Shown one piece after another: positions 10,562 to 20,882 of a stretch of 64,000 bases of DNA (positions are counted from its first letter, which is position 1; every line of letters begins with the position of its first letter). The notes beneath the pieces are model-generated. The model saw only the letters and a program-made list of their open reading frames with translations, had not been told where the DNA came from and searched no databases. Both the position numbers and the translations under genes were made by a program. Source of the DNA: an uncultured delta proteobacterium (GTDB lineage: Bacteria > Myxococcota_A > Polyangia > Polyangiales > Polyangiaceae); NCBI GenBank assembly GCA_963696385.1, contig CAVOKF010000008.1, positions 608,001 through 672,000 on the forward strand, read 5' to 3'.

Positions 10562-11674
10562 CTACGACAGCCCCAAACGACGACGTATCGTCTGGATGAC
10601 CCGTGATGAAGCGGCTGTCGCAACGTCCCGCCACAGCGATGAACGAACGCCGTATCTGGCAACATTATGGCGCAATGACGAACACACTGATGAGGCATGA
10701 CCTTCAGTGAGGAGGGCTAACATCGTTTGCGCATAATGTTCGAAATGGACCGCGTAGCTGGTATCGTACGACTTCCTTGCATACACAACGCCGCGCGACA
10801 CGACGTCACAGGTGCATCTCGTAACGTCGGCGATCGTGCAATCGCGCAGTTCAACAACGTGATCGCTCGGTAAACCCCAATAGTCTAGGTCATGCGTTAC
10901 GGCACCGAATACGCCAGCCCATTTAGCAAGAATCTGAATCGTGGGGATGCGGCGCGCGGCATCGGAGGTGCACACCCAAGTAATACCGCTTGAGCAGCCG
11001 ATTAGGAGGGAACAATAGTGGGTCAAAGCGGCATAGTCCCGGAAGCGAAGCACGCTGCCGTCTATGATCCTCGGATGATGCAGATTGGCCGGAGGGCGGG
11101 AACTAAGTACGATGCGCGCCGTGGGTATAAGGTCGACGATGATTGTGGCCGCCTCCGTCGCCCAAGAAGGCGTCATCGATGACTGCCCGCTGTGCGCGGA
11201 GCATTCGAAAATGATCGCAGGATCTGAGCCAGTAAGGCCATTGGCGTCCGCGAAGTGCCGTACATGCTCAAGCTCGGCTGTGCTTAGACGGACGACCGGC
11301 GTTACCGGCACGGTGATGGGCCGGGGATACCCACGAAATATTGAGGAGCGCACGGTCCCGTCGAAATTGTGATAATTGGCCGGAGAGATTTGCGTGAGGT
11401 AAACGTCGTCGAATTCGCCGCGGCGCTTGCGGTCGCGCGCGCGTGACGCAAAGTCGTGCCACGCAGCGTTCATATTGTCGCGAGTGGCCGTGACGTCCCA
11501 TACCTCGTCAACGTGTGGGTTATATGCGATGACTTGTCGATATTGCGACGCGATCGCCCAAGTAAGATGGCACTCGGGATCGTCTGCCTTAATTTGCCGC
11601 GCAACGGTGGTGGCGTAAACGCAGTCACCATTGGCGCCAAGTTGTCCCAGCAAGACGCGTCGTCTGGATGTCAT
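10562..11674 (-). CDS. GT9 (heptosyltransferase)-like glycosyltransferase
   Basis: LLGQLGANGDCVYATTVARQIK...NPHVDEV and LIGCSSGITW match the GT9 pattern. Start at MTSRRR (11674). Confidence 0.7.
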   Translation of the reverse strand: MTSRRRVLLGQLGANGDCVYATTVARQIKADDPECHLTWAIASQYRQVIAYNPHVDEVWDVTATRDNMNAAWHDFASRARDRKRRGEFDDVYLTQISPANYHNFDGTVRSSIFRGYPRPITVPVTPVVRLSTAELEHVRHFADANGLTGSDPAIIFECSAHSGQSSMTPSWATEAATIIVDLIPTARIVLSSRPPANLHHPRIIDGSVLRFRDYAALTHYCSLLIGCSSGITWVCTSDAARRIPTIQILAKWAGVFGAVTHDLDYWGLPSDHVVELRDCTIADVTRCTCDVVSRGVVYARKSYDTSYAVHFEHYAQTMLALLTEGHASSVCSSLRHNVARYGVRSSLWRDVATAASSRVIQTIRRRLGLS

Positions 11675-11761
11675 GGATAGCGGAATTCGCAGGTCGGAGT
11701 GAAGACGATACGCCAGACGTCGGCTGTACGCCAGCGAGTCTTTGGCACGGTGCCTGGAGCC

Positions 11762-11855
11762 GCAGCAAACCTCACTGCCGCGAGTGGTCGTGACGGCCCA
11801 TACATCGTCAACGTGTGGCTTGTAGTGACTTGTCGATATTGCGACGCAAACGCCA
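11762..11855. repeat. Degenerate direct duplicate of 11462-11558 (part of the GT9-like gene)
   Basis: cgagtggtcgtgacggcccatacatcgtcaacgtgtgg...gacttgtcgatattgcgacgc versus cgagtggccgtgacgtcccatacctcgtcaacgtgtgg...gacttgtcgatattgcgacgc. Confidence 0.85.
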
Positions 11856-11876
11856 CCGGCCACGCACGTACACGTA

Positions 11877-13865
11877 TTAGCGCACGCGCCTAAAGACCAT
11901 GGCTGCGAAAGTATATCTGCACCCGTCGTGCACAAACCATGGGTGCGCACTGCCCCACTCAGGAGTGTCTATCAGCTCACTCCGCTCCAATTTCGGAATC
12001 AAACGCTTATGCAAGTCTTCCGCACTGTACAAGCGCAAGTCCGCGGATGGAATTCGGTCTTCCGAGCCCGCATTGTCACGAAAATCACACGTAAGGACGC
12101 CAAGTCCGCCGACGGCAAGCAACTCCTCCATATACATGACAAAGTCTTCGTCATTAGCAACATGCTCGATAACTGAGGTCGCAAACACCCCCGCGTACTC
12201 ATCCCTCCTACACGAAGGCCTGGTCATATACGTTGCCAAATCGTAATTCAAAACAGGATCCAGCTCATCTAGTTCATATCCGTTTGCCGCAATAGCAGCC
12301 GCAGCGGTATCCTCGAAACTCCCGACGCAAAGTAATGGCGATCGCTCGCGGGTCCTGACATGCCGCAACACCGTGTCGAGCACAAACGCTTGTTGTATGT
12401 TCGCCGCCGGAATCTTTTTTGCCATTAGCTCAGGAGCACACCTGTAAAGATATTCTAGCGTGGGTGCATACAGTTCGTGCGCCGACGCGTCCAGAATTCG
12501 ATTAAACCGACTAACGCTCGGAATCGGTTCATATCGCTCAACAAAGGCCGCTCGCCTGGTCACATCGAGGACGGCTGGCCGCGGCACCCAATCTCGCGGG
12601 CCACTCCGGCCGCTTGAATTGCTCCTGCCACGCGAGCGTAGACGCCCGCGCAACTTGCGCGCCTGCCGTGCAGCGGTAGGATGCCGTCGTGCCAATTCCC
12701 GCGCGTAAGCACCGTGCCAAAGTCCGCCCAGACGCGAGGCCGTCTGGTGCGTGGCTCCAGCCAGGGCCTCCGTCGTCTTCTCCACCACGGCCATTATGGA
12801 TTCGCGCGACGCCGGTGGTAAGGCAGAAGTCGCAAGCACCTCCGAAGCCCAAGGCAACACGGCATACGTTGGTCGCACCGTGTCTGCCAAGATAGTGGTC
12901 ACAATGCGCTCATAGTCCCAAACGAGATTGTCGGCCGTCCATTCCTTCGCGAAACGCGCAATCGGCGCTGCGCCATGTTTTAAAATCTCACGTAGCGGAG
13001 CATCTTCGACAGTAATTGACGGTTTCGCATTGATTACATGACGAAACATCATGCATCTTGTCAGCGCCAGCGGCCGCCCAACCGACAGTGCGAAATCTAT
13101 GACACTGGAAATTCCCCGACCCGGCAATGAATCATACAAAAACGCATTAAGCGAATTGCCCGCGAGAAATTCGAGAACCTCTTCAGTCGTCATGAAATCA
13201 TGCCTAATGTCCAGTCCGACGTTGGGCTTGCGCACCAGATCAAGGCATCGCGCTGCCGTGGCTTGGGCGCTCTCGCCATGTTCGTCAGCAAAGGTCGCGA
13301 ACGGGATGCGAAGCTTAATCAATGCTTCGTCAAACTCATTCTGCACGCGAATTACAAGTTCCTCAAATCCTTTACCCGGCGTCGCAAACCCAAAACTACC
13401 AATCGTGCATACAGGGGGCTCTTCAAACCGCCTACCGACGTAACGCGGTACGAGCCGGCCCGTCTTAAAAACTCTTGCATTCCGCAGAAGCAACGTAGGG
13501 TCCGGCGCTATGTGAAAATCGAACACACTCGTATCCGCTTTGTCCGCCACTTCTTGTGTCACCTCATGAATGATCCCTATGTGTGGTCCGTGATGCCGCC
13601 GCAAGTGACGCTTATTCAGCCAGTTTAAAGTTGACGGATAATAGTTGTATATGATCGCCACGGGCTTTTGCGCATGCACCACGTGGTGGTATTCCTCCGC
13701 ACTCGAGCATTCCGCGTACACGAACTCGTATCGACGTGATGCACGAAGGGCTTCCGCTACGCTTCGTCCAAATTCATACACTCCGCATTGCGCCCGCTTG
13801 TTAGAGACAAAGATCACTACGTCGTTACGTTCCATTGCCATTCTCACGACCAACCCAAGACGCAT
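11877..13865 (-). CDS. Fusion: uncharacterised GT-B-like N-terminal domain plus class I SAM methyltransferase-like C-terminal domain
   Basis: N-terminal IGSFGFATPGKGF...NSLNAFLY...SVGRPLA; C-terminal LCVGS, ATSVIEHV, GGLGVLTCDF. True start may be about 13835-13841. Confidence 0.65.
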   Translation of the reverse strand: MRLGLVVRMAMERNDVVIFVSNKRAQCGVYEFGRSVAEALRASRRYEFVYAECSSAEEYHHVVHAQKPVAIIYNYYPSTLNWLNKRHLRRHHGPHIGIIHEVTQEVADKADTSVFDFHIAPDPTLLLRNARVFKTGRLVPRYVGRRFEEPPVCTIGSFGFATPGKGFEELVIRVQNEFDEALIKLRIPFATFADEHGESAQATAARCLDLVRKPNVGLDIRHDFMTTEEVLEFLAGNSLNAFLYDSLPGRGISSVIDFALSVGRPLALTRCMMFRHVINAKPSITVEDAPLREILKHGAAPIARFAKEWTADNLVWDYERIVTTILADTVRPTYAVLPWASEVLATSALPPASRESIMAVVEKTTEALAGATHQTASRLGGLWHGAYARELARRHPTAARQARKLRGRLRSRGRSNSSGRSGPRDWVPRPAVLDVTRRAAFVERYEPIPSVSRFNRILDASAHELYAPTLEYLYRCAPELMAKKIPAANIQQAFVLDTVLRHVRTRERSPLLCVGSFEDTAAAAIAANGYELDELDPVLNYDLATYMTRPSCRRDEYAGVFATSVIEHVANDEDFVMYMEELLAVGGLGVLTCDFRDNAGSEDRIPSADLRLYSAEDLHKRLIPKLERSELIDTPEWGSAHPWFVHDGCRYTFAAMVFRRVR

Positions 13866-13974
13866 ACCAAAGAAACGCCCAAGGGGCTAGCGGTACCACA
13901 TGTTCCGTTGGATAGGAATAATAGATGCACACGACGGGCCGGCGGTCGCTGCCCGCGCGCCTCGTAGCGGCCCC

Positions 13975-14470
13975 GACCGTAACGCCCTGTGAACCGTGCG
14001 GTGAGTGAGACCCATGACGACCCGCGTGTAAGCAGCTCAACTGCGAGACGCCCGTGCGGCGGATTTCGTAGCCCGTCCACCAAGGGCGTGTGGATGGCTT
14101 GAGGCGGAGCTCGCAGATGTGCCGTTCTGGAGAGCGGCCGCCGATGGCGTCGTCCCGAGACCGTTCCCGTTAGACTGAATTGCCCGAAGACCGCACCCGC
14201 TGGACGCGGAGTGACGCACGCGAGGTGATCGCCGCCCTTCATCGGTCATGCAAGTCATGCAAGTCCGTAAGCGCACAGGCTGGACCCGCCGCAGTGGCGC
14301 CGCTCGCGGCCAGGTGGTCGTGTACCCCCTGCGTCGTTCCACGCCATGGCATTGGCCCCCGGTCGCTCGGGTGCGTCCGCTGCCGCGAGCCTGCGGCGAG
14401 ACGCTCTCCGTGGCCGGCTGCACTTTGCGCTGCTGGCCTTGCGGCAAAGCACAGCACGCATGACGACTGA
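13975..14470 (+). mobile_element. Decayed IS66-like ends and TnpA remnant
   Basis: GTAA/GTAG-type IS66-like end motifs and RWTRSDAREVIAALHRS (TnpA-like helix-turn-helix start). Confidence 0.45.
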
Positions 14471-14832
14471 TTAGCCCCCACCGGATTGTACCCGCGGCGC
14501 GGAATGAGGCATGGTGCCGGGTCAGCGGGGGGGGAGTCGCTGGTGAGTCATGGGGGCTCCGTGGTTGCTAGCCCCCCACCCGGCGGCGCGGACACGCGAT
14601 GCGGGAAACGTGATAGCGCCGCATTTGTGGTCGGCATAGAGGTCGGGTTTTCCATGGTGTTACGAGCCCGTTTGCTAGTCGGACCCGAGCCCGCAAGAGC
14701 ACACCGAATTGTTGCCACGGGTCGCAAGACCCCGGAGCACGTTTATTAGATTTCTCCCCCTCCGCGGGCTCACGCCGACGACGACGTTTCGTTCCTTGAT
14801 AACCTTCAGGTCCGGGGCGGTTTCTTATTAGA

Positions 14833-16749
14833 CTGAAGTTCCTGAACCAAAATCGCCGAAGTTCGCGATCTTGCTGTGGAATCGGCAAAATTGACCCGAA
14901 AGGTAGGCATGTAAACAGATAGAAATAGCTTTCCATTATCGATTCGATGTGCATGATGCGGAGGCATGTACATCGCAACCGTGCCGAACCGCGGCTCTCC
15001 ACCGGCGATCCTGCTGCGCGAGTCGTATCGAGAGGGCGGACGGGTCAAGTCGCGCACGCTGGCGAACCTGTCGTCGTTGACGGAAAAGCAGGTGGAGGGG
15101 ATGCGGCGAGCGCTCCGCGGGGAGCCCTTGTTTGGCCCGGACGGGCCGATCCGAAAGGTGCGCGACCAAAGCCACGGTGCGGTCGACGCCGTTCGGCAAG
15201 TCATTCGCAAGTTGGGGCTCGAGGTCCTCATCGACCGACAACCAAGCCGCCAGCGCGATCTGGTGATGGCCCTGTTGGTGGCGCGCATCACCGATGCCCA
15301 GAGCAAGCTCGCGACGACGAGGGCCTGGAAGACCACGACCCTGCCCGAAGACCTCGGGGTCGCGGATGCGACCGAAGATGACCTGTACGACGCCATGGAT
15401 TGGCTCTTCGAGCGGCAGGACGCGATCGAGAGGAAGTTGGCGACGCGTCACCTGCGCCAGCAAGGGTTGGTGCTCTACGATCTGTCATCGAGCTATTTTG
15501 AAGGACACCAATGTCCGCTTGCCAAGCTCGGATACAACCGCGATGGCAAGAAGGGCAAGCTGCAGGTCAACTATGGCCTTCTCACCGATGAACGGGGCTG
15601 TCCCATTGCGGTCCAGGTTTACGAGGGAAACGCATCCGATTCGACGACGCTCCTCGACCAGGTGGAGCGTGTTCGATCCGACTTCGGGATTGACGGATTC
15701 GTGATTGTGGGTGACCGCGGGATGATCACGGAGAAACAGATTTCGTCGCTTCGCAAAACCGGTGGGATGACCTGGGTTACCGCGCTCAAGAGCGGTCGCA
15801 TTCGATCCCTCGTGCACTCGGGCGTTCTGCAACTCGGACTCTTCGACGAACGCAATCTGTTTTCCGTGCGGGACCCAAAACTTGCCGGTGAGCGGTTGAT
15901 CGCATGCAAGAACCACGATCTCGCACGATTGCGCGCACACAAGCGCCAGAGCCTTGTCGACGCGACACGCAAAGAACTCGACGCGGTGCAGAGAATTGTG
16001 GCTCGCGGAAAGCTGGTGGGCAAAGCAGCGATCGGGCTACGGATCGGAAAAGTGATCAACAAGCATAAGGTGGCCAAGCACTTCTTACTCGACATCCATG
16101 ATTCCACATTCGAGTATCGCCTCCGCGAGGATCGCATCGCAGAGGAGGCAGCACTCGACGGCGTATACGTGATTCGTACGTCCTTGAGCCAAGAGTCGAC
16201 CAGCGACGAACAGGCCGTTCGCCATTACAAGAAGCTCGCGAATGTCGAACGCGCATTCCGATCCATCAAGACGATCGACTTGAAGGTGCGCCCCATTCAC
16301 CACCACTTGGAAAACCGAGTCCGAGCGCACATCTTCCTGTGCACGCTCGCTTTCTACGTGGAGTGGCACATGCGCGAAGCGTGGCGACCGGTCCTCTTCT
16401 CGGACGAGGACCAGGCTGCCAAGAACACGAGAGACCCGGTCGCGCCGGCCACCCGGTCGCCCGGTGCACTCGATAAGGTCGCCACCAAGCGAAGCGAGGA
16501 CGGGGCGCCCGTCCACAGCTTCCGTACCCTTCTCGCCGATCTCGCCACGATCACGCGAAGCACCTTCGCGCCCGTCGGAGCCGACAACGAAGGCCAGACT
16601 TTCACCATGCTGACCGTCCCGTCACCCGAGCAAGCGAGAGCCCTCCAGCTACTTGAAGCCATCGCCGTGTAGGCAGTAACTCAGGCCGCGATTTCGACGG
16701 ATCCAGGGAAAATAGGCCGAATTGTGTCCCGGCGGGCGGGGAACTTCAG
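14833..16749 (+). mobile_element. Complete IS1634-family insertion sequence
   Basis: TIRs CTGAAGTTCC (from 14833) and GGAACTTCAG (to 16749). 6-bp TSD ATTAGA at 14827-14832 and 16750-16755. Confidence 0.92.
14966..16672 (+). CDS. IS1634-family DDE transposase
   Basis: LLRESYREGGRVKSRTLANLS, LYDLSSSYFEG, GYNRDGK, VGDRGM, VERAFRSIK, RVRAHIFLC. Confidence 0.92.
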   Translation: MYIATVPNRGSPPAILLRESYREGGRVKSRTLANLSSLTEKQVEGMRRALRGEPLFGPDGPIRKVRDQSHGAVDAVRQVIRKLGLEVLIDRQPSRQRDLVMALLVARITDAQSKLATTRAWKTTTLPEDLGVADATEDDLYDAMDWLFERQDAIERKLATRHLRQQGLVLYDLSSSYFEGHQCPLAKLGYNRDGKKGKLQVNYGLLTDERGCPIAVQVYEGNASDSTTLLDQVERVRSDFGIDGFVIVGDRGMITEKQISSLRKTGGMTWVTALKSGRIRSLVHSGVLQLGLFDERNLFSVRDPKLAGERLIACKNHDLARLRAHKRQSLVDATRKELDAVQRIVARGKLVGKAAIGLRIGKVINKHKVAKHFLLDIHDSTFEYRLREDRIAEEAALDGVYVIRTSLSQESTSDEQAVRHYKKLANVERAFRSIKTIDLKVRPIHHHLENRVRAHIFLCTLAFYVEWHMREAWRPVLFSDEDQAAKNTRDPVAPATRSPGALDKVATKRSEDGAPVHSFRTLLADLATITRSTFAPVGADNEGQTFTMLTVPSPEQARALQLLEAIAV

Positions 16750-17170
16750 ATTAGAGACCCACGAGGCAGACCCACCTCCTCCGACTTCTCAACTATCTTG
16801 GCGCTTCCCCCGTCCCGTCCCACCCACCGTAGCCTCGGCTCTTCGACCACTACACCCACATCGAAGGCCGACAAGAATCCGGGATGCTTCGCACGGATGC
16901 GAGCGAACTATTCGGGATGGGACAACAACGTTGCGATGGCCAGCAAGAAGAAGGTCGCGTAAGGTCGCGCAAGGAATTCATCACTCCGCCGCGACCACGC
17001 CAAGTTCCACAGGGGACGGGGCATTCCCCACGTTTGGGGCCCCCTGGACGCCTTGCCCTACCCATGGCAGACGAGCAGCAACACGACCCTTCATGAACCG
17101 CTTATACCGCTGAGCCCATTACCGGGCTCAGCTGGCGTTGCGTCGCTTTGTCTTAGGAGTTATAGCGAAA

Positions 17171-17638
17171 ATGGCTGAAACTCTCGGATCTCTGTGCGAC
17201 AAGCTAAGCATCGTCAAGCTCAAAGAATTTCACACCGACGACGCAGCGCGCCTTGCGAGCCTTGGGCACCAAGTTCGTCAGTTGGTTGAAGAAATTGACG
17301 CATTCTTGGCCGGCACGCTGGCTGGTGAGATACCCCCTGAGCGCCTGACATTTGCTGCCAACAAGGTCTTCAAGAAGAGCGGCAACGAACTGCCTGCCAT
17401 CGTCGGCACCATCGGCGCCACTTGCGCGCGGCTAGCCGAAGTCAACTGCAAGTTATGGCACGAGCAAGAGCGCGTGTACGAGTTCGACCGCGTTCCGATC
17501 AACGAGAAGGACCGCGTCGTAAAACAACTAGCGCTTCTCAATCTGGAACGAAACCAGTGTATTGACCAGATAGACGGTCAACTGCGCGCAGCCATCCTGG
17601 AGCATAGGCTCGCGATAGCGCCGGACAGGTCAACCTAA
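17171..17638 (+). CDS. DUF4254-like helical protein (apparently circularly permuted)
   Basis: ETLGSLCDKLSIVKLK in the N-terminal half; KLWHEQE...LNLERNQCIDQID in the C-terminal half. Confidence 0.55.
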   Translation: MAETLGSLCDKLSIVKLKEFHTDDAARLASLGHQVRQLVEEIDAFLAGTLAGEIPPERLTFAANKVFKKSGNELPAIVGTIGATCARLAEVNCKLWHEQERVYEFDRVPINEKDRVVKQLALLNLERNQCIDQIDGQLRAAILEHRLAIAPDRST

Positions 17639-17648
17639 GGGCCAGCGC

Positions 17649-19409
17649 ATGTATCGCGGTCTTTTTTGTAACACGGCTCGGGCCTCTTGCAGCATCTTTG
17701 CCTCCGGCCTCATGGTTTACGACGCGCTGCGGGGAACCCCTGGTACAGAGCTCGAGTACATCGAACTTAACTCCGAGCGACGCTCGCTATCGACGGATTT
17801 CGATTTTTACATATTCAACTATCATCCCGCGACGTCGATGGCGTGGCTTGACACCACCAGTGTACGTCGACTACCAGGACTAAAGGCGACTATCGTACTT
17901 GAGGTGTCGCCACAAGACCCCTTCCCTTTCGTTTCACCGGTAGACTTCGACGCATACCTCGCGCTCGATCCCACACTGACAGAACGATTGCCCCGCGTAT
18001 ATGCGTTTCCACGGCCACTAGAAGACCCCCCTACGCGTCAACCGCTGTCGGTATCCTTGGCCGATCCCATAATAGGTAGTTTCGGCTTCGCGACAATCGA
18101 CAAGGCCTTCGACAAGCTCGTTACAGCCGCTGCATCCGAGTTTGACCGAGCGACTGTGCGCCTCAACATCCCGTTTGGGGAATACGCAGGTTCGGATCAG
18201 CGCACAATGACGTCTGACATCGTCGCCGCATGCGAACGCGCAAACGCCGGAAAGCTCCGCCTTGAGATAACACATACTTTTCTCGAGCAGAGAGAAGTCG
18301 TTGCGTGGTGTGCCGCGAACACCCTGAATTGTTTCTTTTATGAACGAGCGATTCCAGGCCTGGCAGCGGTCACGGATCAAGCGATTTCAAGCGGCCGCCC
18401 TTTAGCGATTTCGGCTAGTGACACCTTCCGCCATATTCACCAATTCGTGCCACCATACCCGTTGCGCAGCTTGCGCGAATCCATCGCGCTGTCTGCGCCG
18501 GAGGTTTCGGCAATGAAGGCTGCGTGGTCTAAGTCGCGCTTCGCAACCAAGTTCAGTACGGTGCTCCTAGATCACGCCGCCAGCCTCGGCGTGGGCCGCC
18601 GTCGCGGGCAAGTGACGCTATCCGAGAAGCGAAAAGGCACGGCGTCATCCATCGTCGGCGCATTGCGACGTCTTCGGCTTGGTGATGTCCTGCCTCCCGT
18701 TGCCGTGTGCGCGTGGAGGCGGGCAGCTGGTTTGACGGCGCTGCCGAACCCCGTGCTCCAACCGTATTCGAGCCCCTTATTGAAGTCGTTTAGTCGACAC
18801 GGCGAAGATCTATTGCTTGACCTGCTTTTAGGTCGGCGCGCCTCGGGGTTCTATGTCGATGTAGGCGCCAATGATCCCTCACTTAACAACAACACGAAGC
18901 GCTTCTACGACCGCGGTTGGCGAGGTCTTAACATAGAGCCCAACACAACTGCGTTTCGCGCTTTGGTACAAGCGCGACCTGGCGATATCAATATGAATAT
19001 TGGCATCGCGGAACTGGCAAGCGAGGTGACATCGTTCACGCTATCGAATGATAACAGCCTCACGACGTTGGATCGCGAGCAATCGCAACGTACAGCGGCC
19101 CGACGTGTCCTGCCACTCGCCGAGCAGCCGGTAGAAGCGCTTCCACTTCGGCAGGTTCTTCACGGCGCGGGGGTGAGGACTATCGATTTCATGTCAGTCG
19201 ACGCGGAAGGACTTGACTTACCCGTACTGCGCAGTAACGACTGGACCAGATTCCGACCTACTATACTCGTGGTCAAGATAAATATATCGCGAAACGCGAT
19301 CGTCACGTTTCTCAACAAGCAGGGATATGGTTTAATGATGAACAATTTATATAATGGCATATTCGTTGATCTCCGCACTCAGGATCCGTCCGTGCTTGCA
19401 TTATTTTAG
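17649..19409 (+). CDS. Fusion: GT-B-like N-terminal domain (paralogue of 11877-13865) plus FkbM-family methyltransferase
   Basis: IGSFGFATIDKAF...NTLNCFFY...SSGRPLA, then FYVDVGANDP...GWRGLNIEP...IDFMSVDAEG. Confidence 0.75.
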   Translation: MYRGLFCNTARASCSIFASGLMVYDALRGTPGTELEYIELNSERRSLSTDFDFYIFNYHPATSMAWLDTTSVRRLPGLKATIVLEVSPQDPFPFVSPVDFDAYLALDPTLTERLPRVYAFPRPLEDPPTRQPLSVSLADPIIGSFGFATIDKAFDKLVTAAASEFDRATVRLNIPFGEYAGSDQRTMTSDIVAACERANAGKLRLEITHTFLEQREVVAWCAANTLNCFFYERAIPGLAAVTDQAISSGRPLAISASDTFRHIHQFVPPYPLRSLRESIALSAPEVSAMKAAWSKSRFATKFSTVLLDHAASLGVGRRRGQVTLSEKRKGTASSIVGALRRLRLGDVLPPVAVCAWRRAAGLTALPNPVLQPYSSPLLKSFSRHGEDLLLDLLLGRRASGFYVDVGANDPSLNNNTKRFYDRGWRGLNIEPNTTAFRALVQARPGDINMNIGIAELASEVTSFTLSNDNSLTTLDREQSQRTAARRVLPLAEQPVEALPLRQVLHGAGVRTIDFMSVDAEGLDLPVLRSNDWTRFRPTILVVKINISRNAIVTFLNKQGYGLMMNNLYNGIFVDLRTQDPSVLALF

Positions 19410-19487
19410 ATGAGTATTGGCCCGAGTTGCACGACGGGATTATGTTGGTGAACAGATCCCTTACATCGCGATTGTGCGTTTGAAGTA

Positions 19488-20882
19488 ATGTCGACTGCCA
19501 TACAGGTAACACATCTGGCGAAGCGGTACTGGCTGAATCACAGCGCTCGCGCGCGTCCTGGAACGCTGCGCGAAGAGCTAGCTGAGCGGTTGCGCGCGCC
19601 CGCGCGAGCGCTTGGTCTGCGATTTAAGAAGAACGGGCACGTAGAAGATGCCACCAAGGAGGAGTTCTGGGCGCTTCGGGATGTAACGTTCGGGGTGGAG
19701 CGCGGTGAGGTTGTCGGGATCGTTGGGCGGAACGGCGCAGGCAAGTCGACGTTGCTCAAGATTTTGAGTCGAATCACTGAACCCACGGCCGGTCGGGTGG
19801 CCATTGATGGGCGCGTCGCGAGCTTGTTAGAAGTCGGGACCGGCTTTCACTCTGAACTTACCGGTCGCGAAAACATTTTCCTGAACGGCGCAATTCTCGG
19901 CATGACGCGCGCAGAAATTCGTCACAAGTTTGACGAAATTGTGGCGTTTGCGGAAGTAGAGAAATTTTTGGATACGCCAGTGAAACGCTATTCTAGCGGG
20001 ATGTACGTGCGGCTTGCTTTTGCCGTTGCGGCTCACCTCGACCCAGAGATCCTGATCGTTGACGAGGTGTTGGCCGTCGGTGACACTCAATTTCAGAAAA
20101 AGTGCCTTGGAAAAATGAAAGATGTGTCAAGCAATGAAGGTCGCACGGTATTGTTTGTCAGCCATCAGCTAGGCACCGTCAGGCAACTATGCGGACGTGC
20201 GATTCTATTGAGGGCGGGCTGCGTCGCGGCCGAGGGGAAAACCGCTGATGTGCTGCAGACTTACATGAGCGAACAGCTTGGCCCCCAGCGCGCGGTCTTT
20301 CTGCGTCCCTCTGCGATGCGACACAAGGACATGGCTTTGCAGTCGGCGTGGACCGCGAATGATCGGAATCAAATTGCATCGCACTTTCTACATACGGAGG
20401 CGATTGATATCCGTATTCACATCCGGGTCAATAAGTGGATAACAGGCGCGGAGGTGCGTTTGGTCGTCGGAGACTCGCGCGGTCGGCGGGTGTTCACGTC
20501 CGACGCGGACTTGCAACATGCCGCGGGTGGGGGCGCCGGGGCCGTTCAGGCCTGTGCGCGCATCTCTGCGCACTTTCTTAGGCCGGAAACTTACACTGTA
20601 GCCATGGCGCTGTTCGTGAATAATCAGTTGATAATTGATCTGATCGAAGACGCCTTCTCATTCTCGGTTCAGGACGCAGGTTCAAAGTACGCGGCAAGCG
20701 AGGGGCTTGACTATGGTTGCGTGTTCGCGCCTTGCGATTGGAACGTTGTGCATGCAACCGACGACCAGTGGCGCCAGCTGCCACCTGAGGTACTCGCGGA
20801 GAACTCTTCGCCGCGCGGCGGCGAAGACCAGCCCGCGCATCAGATGACATCAGAAAAGCCCTGCTCGGTGGCCCGAAAGTAG
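19488..20882 (+). CDS. wzt: Polysaccharide ABC transporter ATPase with a C-terminal carbohydrate-binding (Wzt_C) domain
   Basis: FWALRDV, GRNGAGKST, YSSGMYVRLAF, DEVLAVGD, VSH, plus about 190 extra C-terminal residues. Confidence 0.92.
   Translation: MSTAIQVTHLAKRYWLNHSARARPGTLREELAERLRAPARALGLRFKKNGHVEDATKEEFWALRDVTFGVERGEVVGIVGRNGAGKSTLLKILSRITEPTAGRVAIDGRVASLLEVGTGFHSELTGRENIFLNGAILGMTRAEIRHKFDEIVAFAEVEKFLDTPVKRYSSGMYVRLAFAVAAHLDPEILIVDEVLAVGDTQFQKKCLGKMKDVSSNEGRTVLFVSHQLGTVRQLCGRAILLRAGCVAAEGKTADVLQTYMSEQLGPQRAVFLRPSAMRHKDMALQSAWTANDRNQIASHFLHTEAIDIRIHIRVNKWITGAEVRLVVGDSRGRRVFTSDADLQHAAGGGAGAVQACARISAHFLRPETYTVAMALFVNNQLIIDLIEDAFSFSVQDAGSKYAASEGLDYGCVFAPCDWNVVHATDDQWRQLPPEVLAENSSPRGGEDQPAHQMTSEKPCSVARK

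Noticed and set aside
11462..11855. DGR template/variable repeat pair
   Set aside because: No reverse transcriptase in the window, differences are not adenine-specific, and indels are present.
14170..14179. ttagactgaa matching the IS1634 left junction
   Set aside because: Only 10 bp and the TIR does not continue.
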